From: Camelus dromedarius
Lineage: Eukaryota
Assembly: GCF_036321535.1 (NCBI RefSeq)
Contig: NC_087450.1
Span: 57,908,001-57,972,000, forward strand
Direction: 5' to 3'
DNA length: 64,000 bases
Part shown: one piece after another, positions 13,001 to 24,309 of the stretch
Layout of the letters: each line of letters begins with the position of its first letter
How positions within the stretch are numbered: the first letter of the stretch is position 1
Notes under the pieces: model-generated
What the model was told of the DNA's origin: nothing
Seen by the model: only the letters and a program-made list of their open reading frames with translations
Databases searched by the model: none
Position numbers and translations under genes: made by a program

Positions 13001-13721
13001 AAACGAGGATACACTGAAAAGCTTGTACTGCTGCCGGGCACACAGGGGCTCAGAAGTGTGATTACTGGTACTCAGCCACCACTTCCCTACTGCTTAGGCT
13101 TATCTGCTTTCTCTTTCACTCCCCTCCCCCCTAAAAAAAACCCCTATGATCACACTACAGCAGATATATTTGCATAAAATTATTTTTGGCTTAATAAATA
13201 TCCTGGGCAATATAAGACAATTTGTAATCTAAGGTAAAATTAATAAACTTTCAAAGCCCCCTCAAATCCTATAGGCTGATGCCTTGAAGGAAAAAAGCAA
13301 TTGGGCAACTTTGTGCATTTCAAGATCAATAAAATATTCAAATCTTAAACCACAAATTCACTCCTAAGACTCTGTCTTAAGGAAATCCCTTTAGAGAAAA
13401 AGGGAAAAAAAAGGAAAAAGATATCTAGAAAGTTGTTCATTAGGCTTTGTAGTAGCAAAACATTAGATACAGCCTTAAGGATAGCTATGGTTTGCTTTAA
13501 AATACTCCAGCAAAAATAAATAAAATCTTAAAATTAACTAAAAAGTTGGAGAAGAGGAAAGAGTAGATCAAACAGGAAGAATTAAGTTGATACCTGTTGA
13601 AGCTGAGTATCTGTGGGCTCACACTATTTCTCTGTTTTTGTTGTGTTTGAAAGTACCCATAAGAAAAAGTGAAAAATGAAAGCCATAAGCCCTTCTCTAA
13701 GGGGTAGTTATGAAGATTAAA

Positions 13722-13965
13722 ATAGGAATATAGTTTGAGATTTGCAGATACTGACTGGTATATATAAAATAGATAAACAGGTTTATACTGTATAGCACAG
13801 GGAACTGTATTCAATATATCTTGTAGTAGCTTACAGTGAAAAAGAATATGAAAATGAATATATGTATATTCATATATGACTGAAGCATTGTGCTGTGCAC
13901 CAGAAATTGACACAATTTTGTAAACTGACTATACCTTGATAAAAACAGTAAAAAAAGAAACAAAA
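13722..13965 (+). mobile_element. 5'-truncated lineage-type L1 3' end in GRHL1 intron 3
   Basis: TGTATAGCACAGGGAACT...AAAAGAATATGAAAATGAATATATG...CAGAAATTGACACAA...GACTATA followed by an A-rich tail; same family as the 56541 copy. Confidence 0.85.
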
Positions 13966-14712
13966 AACCCCAGCAATATGGAAAATACCTATGAAACAGA
14001 CTAAGTAGAAGAAAGCATACGACAAACCCTATCTGTGAACACAACCACAACCACATACAATGAGCCTGCGTACCCAATCAGTGAATAAATAAATAGCTAG
14101 GACAGTGGGATTCTGAGTGATCGTTCTTTTTTAAAAAATATTTTATCCCTTTCTTACTAATAGAACACAGGAAAATATGAAAGGTGTATGTAAGTTTTTT
14201 TCATGGCTATAAAGTCAAGCCTTAGTTCAATTTTCTGGAAGTATCAACCTTCCAGATCCCCCAAAATAACTTCAACAGGAGTTGGGAATACAGTTGAACA
14301 TACTTCATTAAGTTTTACTTAGTTAGGCAGTTATTCAATATCATTGGTACTTCTTGTTTTGATGGACCCTCACCGTTGCCTTAAGCCACATCCTTCTTAA
14401 GAGAACCTCAAAGGCAAATAAGCAAATATTTCACTTACATTATTAATAAAAACATCCTTTTGGATGAGGAAAAAGTTAACGGTTTTGTTTTCTTGAAAAG
14501 GCAACTACACCTGAAGAAACTAGTAACTTCTCAGCAACAGAATCCTAACTAGTAAGAGGCAGATCTGATATGAAATCTGAATTTAGACATGAAGAGTCCA
14601 GGGGATCCACCTCTTCCATGAGAGCCTGCTCCTTAAACAAACTCTCGTTCGATTTTCACAGAAGCCTGGCATTTGTCAAGTGCACTGTCTTACGCTCTTT
14701 ATTAAACATTAC

Positions 14713-14783
14713 CTTTTGCTATGATCTGGCTCTGGGTGCTCAACATCTGGCTTTGCTGTTGACGATCTTCTCTCTCTTGGAAC
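14713..14783 (-). CDS. GRHL1: GRHL1 exon 3 (71 nt)
   Basis: Read by hand as VPRERRSSTAKPDVEHPEPDHSK(R); acceptor ccaag|GTT, donor AAAG|gtaatg. Confidence 0.96.
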
Positions 14784-17220
14784 CTTGGATATTAACACGC
14801 ACAACAACAATTTAGTTCTTACTCTGTGAAGTACAGAAACGGTCTTTATTTTTCAGTAAGCTCAACTGTTCATGTGTCTACTGATTGCCTGCCAAACCCC
14901 AGGCTCTGAGGGTACACAATGAATAAGACGGTGTCTGCCCTCAAGGAGCTTACAATCTGGTTACCAGGCTGCAATGTAAAAACCAACTTTTATTAGTTGC
15001 AAAGTAAATTCAGAATGTCACAAATTTACTTTGTCATTGAGTTTGGGTTTCATCTCTTAAAAGAAATAGCTCTGGTCTGGTTTCACTCATTTATCTACAT
15101 AACGTAATAGAGAAGAAGGTGTGGAAAACAACTTCAGCTTTCGCCCTGCTTTTCTTGGCTACCCTTCCCTTTGGATCAAATGCAAAATCAAAAGGACCAG
15201 CCACGTGAATAGTTCACTTCCAAGATCCAAATATTGGCTTCAAATGATAAATTTCTTTAGATTCTTTGGGATTCACACCATCCGTTACCCAAAGGACAAG
15301 CTGAACCCTGTTTGTTCTATTCCTTTTTTGAGTCTTCTCTTCTTTGCATAGAAGGTGAAAGGAGGCAAACATTACGGGGTATATTGCAGACATCAACCCA
15401 ACTGAGGCACGTTCCCAACATGTACTCCAAAACTGCTAAGATATTTCAAACTGGTTTTCAGTGTGAATGTAGAAATCCTGCCCCTTGTTTTACCCTTAAA
15501 GACAATATATATTGTTGTTCCATGTATTAACAATGTGCTTTTAAAGCTTTACCACAGTTATTATGTAAAAATGACTGATGGTTACATCCAAATACTTGAA
15601 ACAAGTCAGTTTATTTAAAAAGAAAAATAAGTAACCCCATAGCTATGGCAAGAAGGCTGGCGTACTACTAAGGCTGCCACCCTTCATGGACAGACATGAG
15701 GACTTAGCTCCTCCCAAGATGCAAAATACTTTAGGGCCCTTTATTTAAAACACACACACATATACAACCACCGCAATTAGCAATACTACATTGGTCTTTC
15801 CAGCACTAAACTTCTCAGAAGTTTCAGTTAAAAGTACGTAATTTCAAATTTCCTAATTGACATGTAGGAACTTACGGTTTTTACACTGAGCCAATAAAAC
15901 AAGCCATAAGAAGAACAGATACATAAGTTCTATTTCAAAGAAACCCTTTGAGGCTACGTTTCCCAGGCAAGGGTTTCTTCTAGCATCATTAGTTACTACG
16001 CAAGTTTCCACTCACGTTCAAGGAAAACAAACTTACCTCAGTCCCTCAAACACAACAAGCTGGACAACATGGCCTCATACCAGAAAATAATTCAATCGTT
16101 TGTTTAGGTCCTCCCTTAATTTTGATAATCAAACCATCTTCTTTGCTTTTTTTCCCCTCTACATTTCTTATACTCAGAAAAGAATACAGTGCCTGTATGT
16201 AACAAAAGGCAGGCAACTGGTGAATCTGGGTGAAAGTATTTGGGAGTTAGTTATCCTGTTAATTTAAGTTGACTGTAGGTTTGGATATTTTAAAAACAAA
16301 AAGATAGTAAAAATAAACCATAACATATAGCCATCCCCATATACTGGCTGTCGGTCAGAAAGAACGCCAAAGGGGACGCACACTAGCTAAGCACATCCCC
16401 CAGGAGACAGCAGGGCACGCCGAGGAGGGGACCTGGGCACAATCTGAAATCCTGGCTCCAACACATACGAGTTGTGTGACCCGAGAACTTTATTTTTATC
16501 ATCAGCAAAATAGGGGTAATACCACGTATTTTGCAGGGTTCCTGGAGGGGTCAGAAACAACATGCATTCTGGTTAACAAGTCTAGCATGATACAGGTGAT
16601 CAGTAAGTGGCAGCTGGTATTATTAGGGCAGCAATGATGATACAGATCAGTGGTGTCACCTCCAGATATGAACACCATGTAAAACTCCAGGCAGAGGGAT
16701 GGTCATACTTCATTAAGACTAACCCAAGTGTCTAGAAGCAGGGAACAAAATATATCCTGATCTTAGAACTAGAAAAGTCCAAGACTAGAAAATGTTTTTT
16801 TCCTATGAATCGCCTAATCAAATCAAATCAAATGAAGTCAAATCAAAGGCTCTGTAATATTATTTAGGGAAAAGGAAATCACTCTGACTACACAGGAATA
16901 AGGTTAGAGCCCAGGCAAGTGAGTCACTGTCCACTCTTGAAGGCACTAAGAACAACCTTTGGTAAAATGATCAGTCTCATTAGGACACATCTACCATCTT
17001 CTTTTATGGTAGCTTCCCCCTTCAGATAGAGCCGGCCACTTCACATGTTTTAAAAACAACCCTTTGATTCTATGATCGTAGATGTTCAGCTTTGAACCAC
17101 AGCAAGTCAAAGTACTCATTAAACTATTTATAGTCACTACAGAAGCAACCTGCATTACGTTCTACCAGTGAATTGCTGTTTTATATGCTGCTGAATCAAG
17201 CGCATCTTGGACTGCTGTTA

Positions 17221-17445
<225 letters not shown>

Positions 17446-20400
17446 TTAAACAAACAAAATATATATATATATATTTATACAAATGTAAATTACATTTTTC
17501 TACTGCAAGTCATCATAAGCTAGTTTTTTAAAAACCAAACAACCAATTCCTTGATATTCCAATAAAACAGTCCATTGTTTCATCAATGACTCCAGTAAAG
17601 TAAATCAAGACAAGACCAGGAGACAGCCAACTTAAATGCAGCCCAATGGGTCACCCAGTAAGGTATGAGGTATTCAGGCAGCCAGGGAACCTGCAGTTAA
17701 CCTACTCATGGATCCCAGGATACACAGAAAAAAAGCAAAAACCAGAAACCAAAAACCCACTCCAAGAAAATGTCAGGCTATTCAAACACTTTACATAAAC
17801 AAACACAAGGACAAAGAAGGGCCAAACAGAACGTTCACTCTCTTCAGACACAGACATTCAGGACTGTGCCCTCTTAGATGGAGCACACATGGTTTGGCCA
17901 CCACGCTGCTACATGTCATTTCCCTCTTTCTCCCAGGGACGCCATGCCTTAAAAACTACAACCAAGGGGGAGAGGAGGAGGGGATGGAAAGAAAAAGGGA
18001 TACTTGGGTTAATCCTTGGGGGTATATGAGAAAGTTAGAATATTCTACTGATTACCAGCAGATTGAGCATGGAATGTGGCCAAAGGGGACTGTAAATCAA
18101 TAAGGAGGCATAATTTTCTGGCATGGGAGTTAACCGTTTATCTTAGAGATAAACACTTAAGAATCTACAACAATAAATGAAGCCACTGGAAAAAAAAAAG
18201 AGATTTTTAAGGATTTAGGTGGGGAAATCTGTTTTTAAAAATCTTTACTGGTTTTCCATACGGGGCAAGAACTGTCTCCCTTTAGCACTACAGGGTGGGA
18301 AAAATCCAGAAGATCAACGGAGAACTTAGTAAAGTCTTATAGAGGATTTAATTTAAAAGATTAAAGCAAACATTACCGATTCCAAAAACTTGAAATGTAA
18401 ACAGTCTCAACAACTGTTCAGTTGGTTCTGTTTTGTTAAGTCAATAAAGAGAAAAAGTGAAATGCTAACTCCAGCAGTCAAGCAGCTTTTTTAAGGAAAA
18501 AAAAATTTTAATAGTCAGAACTACTCTAAATTAACACCATTCTAGTAAGCAAATTAAAGGATCAGTTCTCATTGCAACACACAAATGAAATATGTAAATG
18601 GCCTAAAGGTGACCTACCTACTCTAAAAGTGAATGTAGAAAGATTGATTATCTTCACAAGTTATCAAACAAAGGTTAGGGTTTGGCAGTCACCCAGGCCC
18701 TTTAAAAACTGATACAGATTTAGGAAAAGGAGAACATCTTTGAAAAAGATGGGGGGAAATCCAATTTATCTTCTGTCAAAATTAGTCTTATTTCAAACCC
18801 AGTGTTTTTACTCATGTCTAGGCCTAAAGTCCTAGGAGAGGAGCTCGCATTTGGTGGGAAAAGAAGTCTTGAGGTGGTAGGATTTTAACACAAAACAAAC
18901 ATAGTGGGTTGTTTAAAGGACATGGTTGGTTTAAAAATGAAGACTTTCTACAAATCTCAAAATTTTTTTAAAAATTGAGAAATATACAAAGGGGCATTCC
19001 CTGCGACATCAGAGGCGAGGACAGCAGCTACTGGACCAGTGGTACCTTGGGGTGATTTGCTAGTGCACAGCTAAGCTATTATTAATAGTGTAATAGCTAC
19101 TTCCAGAAGATTATGACAGCACTTGGCTCATCCAATTCCCGTAATGCTAGTTTTTCAGCTTCCCTTCTCCTCCCACCCCAACCCCAAATCCGTACAAGCA
19201 ACAGAAAATAAATATCTTTTGGCATATGGTTTTGTTTGTGATCACCCTGAAGGTGTCTTACATTTCCAAACTGTGCCTAAGGCCAAAATTTTAGCTCTGG
19301 AAACATGCCTTATCTAAACTATAAGTCAAGAAATAAACACGAAACCAGTTGCCTTTTTTAGTCTACTTCCTCATGACAGCCAGGCTGTTAGTCCCTAAAG
19401 GCTCATCAATGCCTTCCTTCCTTGAGTCTTAAATCCTTCATCAATGATCTCTCAAAGACTTCGTAAGTATATTTCAAGGAATAATTTATCTGCATATTCT
19501 ACAACACAAGATTAATTCATTTAAGTTATCCCATACATAATAACATCTAAACTTCTCAACCAGAAAAAAAGAACACTCTTAAAAGGATCCTCAGCAAATA
19601 ATTATAAAACTGGGAGAGGTACCTCTCTGCCCTGGATTTACTGATCTGATATATAGTGATTGGTTTAATACGATTTACTTCTTTTTTAGGGGGGAACAAT
19701 TTTATATTTACAGAAAAGTTGTAAAGGAAATACAAAAATGTCCCTCATCCAGTGTTCCCTAATGCTAATGTCTTACATTACCTCCTTATCTTTGTTAAAA
19801 TATTCCTTTAATCACAAACTCCAAAAAGCACATTGGTAAGCACAGTGCTTTCTAGTTTACCATCCTGATTTCAAGGTTTCATCCTGCTGATATTTTCTGA
19901 GCATTTTTAATTACAGTAATCTGTAATTACCATGAATGATGCAAGTGGCAAAATAACTCCTACAATTTTCTCACTCACACAGCCAGCCAGGGAAAAGAAA
20001 ATGCCAGGACGTCAGAGTAGTTCAACTTTTCCCCAAATTTCTCCTTTCGGAAGTTCTAGTAGGCTGGCCAAATGACACGGTTGAGCGACAAGAGATTACC
20101 TGAGAAGTCTCCCTTTCCAGCTGCGAAGAGCGTCCCAAAGAGCTCCACCGGCCCCAATGAGCAAAAACCGACCCGGTGGGGGACACGGTGCTGTCGGCGT
20201 GGCAGAGGAGCAGCCGGCGAGCGGGACGCCCCAAATCTCCCTCCGCGCACCAGGGCCACCGGGGAGCAGACCCGGGGCTCGCCCGTGGGGTGGTGCCCCA
20301 GACCAGGACGCTGAGGCTAGGGGTAGGGGGGCTCCTCTCCGGAGTCGAGACCCCCCCCCCCAACGCAGGGGTCTTCCCAAGGGGCCTCAGCGGAACAAAG

Positions 20401-20698
20401 GTGGGGTGGAGTGCCCGAGGGGCAGAGGCCGCGGCGGAGAAGAAAGTGGACAGCGACACACGCGGCCCCCGCCCTCCCAGCCTGGAGCCCGTGCCCCGCG
20501 CTCGGCCTCGTTCCCGCACCCCGGCCTTCTCTCCCGGACTCGCACTGGCGTCCCCAGCCCACCTCGCCTTGTCTACCCGGCCGTCCGGACTCGCACCCGG
20601 CCAGGCCCGGCCCGGCCCTCGCCTCGCCCGCCCGGCCTCACGGCAGGTGCGTCCGGCCCGGCGGGCAGCCGCGGCCCCGGCCGCACGGCCGGACTCGC

Positions 20699-20919
20699 NN
20701 NNNNNNNNNNNNNNNNNNNNNNNNNNNNNNNNNNNNNNNNNNNNNNNNNNNNNNNNNNNNNNNNNNNNNNNNNNNNNNNNNNNNNNNNNNNNNNNNNNNN
20801 NNNNNNNNNNNNNNNNNNNNNNNNNNNNNNNNNNNNNNNNNNNNNNNNNNNNNNNNNNNNNNNNNNNNNNNNNNNNNNNNNNNNNNNNNNNNNNNNNNNN
20901 NNNNNNNNNNNNNNNNNNN
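20699..20919 (-). CDS. GRHL1: GRHL1 exon 1 (5'UTR plus about 20 coding nt, MTQEYD/N), inferred to lie inside the N gap
   Basis: Not visible. Exon 2 starts in phase 2, which requires an upstream coding exon; the gap sits in the CpG island directly downstream (minus strand) of CCAAT/GC boxes, and I found no ATGACACAGGAG outside the gap. Confidence 0.6.
20699..20919. other. Assembly gap (221 N)
   Basis: Run of n from 20699 to 20919, flanked by extremely GC-rich sequence. Confidence 1.
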
Positions 20920-21823
20920 GGGCGCCCAGGCTCGACTTCCCATTGGCTGGCAGCGCGCCGGCACGGGGCGGAGCTTCGGGGTTGGGAGGCCAGCGGCACT
21001 GCCTGATTGGCCAGTGCTCGGGGCTCCGGGGCGGGGCCGACGGGGCCGAGCCTCGCAGGCGGGAGTCGGCGCTCCGCGTGGCCGCGCTCCGCGTGGCCGC
21101 GTCCGTGTGGCGCGCCCGGCGCTCCCTGCCTCCCTCCGGTCAGAATAAGCGAAGCGGCGCGGCTCCTGGCCAGTACATGCCGCCTCTCTACGGCCGTCAG
21201 CGCGCCCACTGCAAGGCCAGGCACAGCGTCCTCGCTCTGCCCCGCGGTCGCAGCCGTGGGCCGCCCACCTGCGGGACCGGACATGCCCTGGCGCCGTCTT
21301 CCCAGGCGCTGGGCGCTCTTCCTTTCCCGCCCGCCCACCTAAGCCCCCCGCCGCTCCAGTGATGGAGCCTCCCCGCCCCGCGACTGCCCCTCACCGGAGC
21401 CCCGCGGTCGCCGCTCGGCTGCCTCGGGCGCCTTCCCGCCTGGGGTCTGTGAAGCGTCCGCCCTCCTCGTGCCCCCTCTCACCTCTTAGACCGCGTCCAC
21501 TTACTTCTGAGGCTTTTACCTGAGGAAGCTCAGACGTCTCCCTCCTGGTCTTGCCCATCGAAACGGTCCGACTTTAGAACCTCCTGTACATCCATTTCAG
21601 ATTGTCCGCTACGTGACAGACACTGGAAAACTGCCACAGCCTCCTAACCTGTTGTTTCCCCCCGTGCGGCCAGGGTTGGTGCTCACCGAGTGGGTCGCCC
21701 CAGCCTCACCTGAGCCGCCTCTGTCCCAAGTGCCCGCCCCTCCCCCTCTTCTGAGTCCCGCCCCAACCAGTGTGGAACTTCCATCTCTGCCTGTCTTAGC
21801 CCTCTCAGAACCCTCATGTGAAC

Positions 21824-21825
<2 letters not shown>

Positions 21826-21879
<54 letters not shown>
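21826..21879. repeat. (CA)27 perfect microsatellite
   Basis: Uninterrupted CA run counted directly. Confidence 0.98.
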
Positions 21880-21882
<3 letters not shown>

Positions 21883-22012
21883 CCCTGTACCCTCTTCCCC
21901 CACTGCTGTCCCTCCCCGCACCCCTAGTGCCATCTCCCATTCATTTCCATCCCTACCTACTCCTGGCCCCAATTGTCCTTCCTGAGCTACAGCTCCCTTC
22001 TCCAGGGTCTGC

Positions 22013-23170
22013 TCATTCATTCAACAAATATTTATTGAGAGTCCTACTCTATGCCAGGCACTCTTCTAGATGCTGTGGTTATGGCTGTGAATACAGGGGA
22101 CAAAAATTCCCTGCCTCCTCCAGCATCCTAACTGGGGTAACTGACCATAAAAGCATAAGTAAATTGTATGATGTATTAGAAAGTGGCAAGTTCTGCGGGA
22201 GAGAAATAAAGCAGAGGAGGCAGATGGGGAGCAGGGGGTGGAATCAGTTCTGAAGACTTGAAGGAAGTGAGACCATCAGGAGGTGAGGGAGGGGTGGTCC
22301 AGGCAGAGGCTCCAGTCTGCACGAGGAGGGGACACCTGATGTGTTCAGTGAACAGAAAAAGCCCAGTATGGCTGGAGGGAGACAAGACAGAAGGATAGAG
22401 GAGATGTGGTCAAAGTAATGGGGGCAGGGAACATGTTCTGAGCGGCTTGTAGGCCTTTGTACAGAGTTTGGTTTTTATTGAGTAAGATAGCGAGGCATTG
22501 AAGGATTTGGAGTAGGGCGGTGACATGATCTAACTCATGTTTTAAAGTAATTCATCTGGCTGCTGGGTGGTAGGGGATAAAGTGGGGAGCAGGGAGACCA
22601 GACCAAGGATAATAGTAGCTTGGCCTAGGGTGGTGGGGTGGAGTGGTGAGAAGTGGTCAAATTCTGATCTATTCTGAAGGTGGGATCAACAGGATTTCCT
22701 GAAAATTGGATATGGGATGTGGGGAAAAAATAGAGAGTCAAGGACTACAAGCTTTTCAGTTGAAAACTGGGAAGAATGATTTGCCATCCTTGAGCTGGGG
22801 AAGACTGCAGGCGTAGAAAGTCTGGGGGAGGTCAGAAGTTTCATTTTGGACACGTTGCTTTTGAGATTTTTATTAGAGATTCAGGTAGATGTATCAGTAG
22901 ACGGTTGGATAGAAGTCTGGAGTCCCAGGGAGAAATCTGGGCTGAATGGACATCTGAGAGTCATTAGCACAGAGATGGTATTGAAAGCCTGGAAATAGGG
23001 TGAATCTCCATGGCAGTGAGGGAGGAAAGAATGGGACCAACACTGGATCCTGGAATCTCCAACATAGAGATGAAAAAGAGGATCCTGCAGGGAAGAGGGG
23101 ACAGGGGGACTCACTGAGAGAGCAGGAAAATGGAAGCAAGAAGGAAGGCGTGGTCAGCTAGGTCACATGC
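22013..23170 (-). mobile_element. L2 (L2a/b-like) element
   Basis: Antisense L2 3' end TCATTCATTCAACAAATATTTATTGAG...GCCAGGCACT, followed by about 1.1 kb of purine-rich L2 body. Confidence 0.85.
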
Positions 23171-23391
23171 CGCTTGGAGGTCAAGGAAGATGAGGATTAG
23201 CAACATGGAGGCCGTTGGGGTCTTTATTCACCAGCTGGTCCCTCACCCACTCCCAACAACTCCGGCTCCCTGTTCTCCAGGACTCTTGGGACCTAAACCA
23301 ACAACCACAGACGCTTCTCACTGTCCCCTTCTGCCATGTCCAGTTTCTGTCCTCTAGCACTGGGTACAATGCTGGAGCCCAGAGTCTGTTC

Positions 23392-23485
23392 TTTTTTTTT
23401 TTTTTTTAATGGAGGTACTGAGGATTGAAGCCAGGACTTGTTACATGCTAAGCATGCGCTCTACCACTGAGCTATACTCACCGCC
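23392..23485 (-). mobile_element. tRNA(Ala-AGC)-like SINE or retro-tRNA, short form with poly(A)
   Basis: TATAGCTCAGTGGTAGAGCGCATGCTTAGCATGTAACAAGTCCTGGCTTCAATCCTCAGTACCTCCA followed by poly(A); CTGTTCT direct repeat on both sides. Confidence 0.88.
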
Positions 23486-23537
23486 CTGTTCTCTTTTCTT
23501 ATTCACTAGCTTCTTTAAATTGTGTGTGTGTGTGTAT

Positions 23538-24160
23538 ATTTAATTTTTTATTGAAGTATAGTTGATTTACAGTGTTTCAGGTGTACAGCAAAGTGATTCA
23601 CTTATATACATTATATATACATTCTTTTTCCAGATTCTTTTCTACGATTGGTTATTACAAGATACTGAATACAGTTCCTTGTGCTATACAGGCAGGTCTT
23701 TGTTGTTTATCTATTTTATATATACTGGTATGTGTCTATTAATCCCAAATTCCTCATTTATCCCCTCCCCCTTCCCTCCTTGGTAACCATAAGTTTGTTT
23801 TCTATGTCAGTGAATCTATTTCTGCTTTGTAAATAAGTTCATTTGTATCATTTTTTAAGATTCCACATATAAGTGATACCATATGGTATTTGTCTTTCTC
23901 TGTCTGACTTACTTTACTTAGGATGATAATCTCTAGGTCCATCCATGTTGCTGCAAATGGCATTATTTCATTCCTTTTTATGGCTGAATAATATTCCAGT
24001 GTGTGTGTGTGTGTGTGTACACCACATCATCTTTATCTATTTATCTAACGATAGACGTTTAGTTTGCTTCCGAGTCTTGGCTATTGTAAATAGTGCTGCT
24101 ATGAACATGGGAGTGCATGTATCTTTTCCAGATATATGCCCAGGAGTGGGATTGCTAAAT
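23538..24160 (-). mobile_element. L1 (L1MA/artiodactyl-type) ORF2 end and 3'UTR fragment
   Basis: TTTTATTGAAGTATAGTTGATTTACA...TCTAGGTCCATCCATGTTGCTGCAAATGGCATTATTTCATT...GTAAATAGTGCTGCTATGAACAT; internal (GT)n at about 24000. Confidence 0.9.
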
Positions 24161-24309
24161 AAATTATATTTTTAGAATGAGCTAACTTAAGAAAATACTT
24201 AGTAAATAACAGTACAGCCGGTCCCTAGATATGGTGCAAATCAGCAGAGTTGTGCTACTGATATGACTCAGATTGGAAAAGTGTCTTTTTACCTCATCCT
24301 TCCCGCTTC

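Larger units (their letters stand above)
20150..21700 (-). promoter_or_regulatory. GRHL1: CpG island / TATA-less GRHL1 promoter
   Basis: Very high GC and CpG density; minus-strand CCAAT boxes (ATTGG at 20942-20946 and 21006-21010) and GC boxes (GGGGCGG at 20965 and 21028). Confidence 0.9.

Noticed and set aside
20022-21362. Long ORFs (245-438 aa) on both strands across the CpG island
   Set aside because: They run through 221 Ns, are Arg/Gly/Pro/Ala-rich as expected from stop-poor GC DNA, and resemble no known protein.
23409-23485. Possible functional tRNA-Ala(AGC) gene
   Set aside because: Mismatches in the anticodon/T arms and B box, genomically encoded CCA, poly(A) tail and TSD indicate a retroposed copy.
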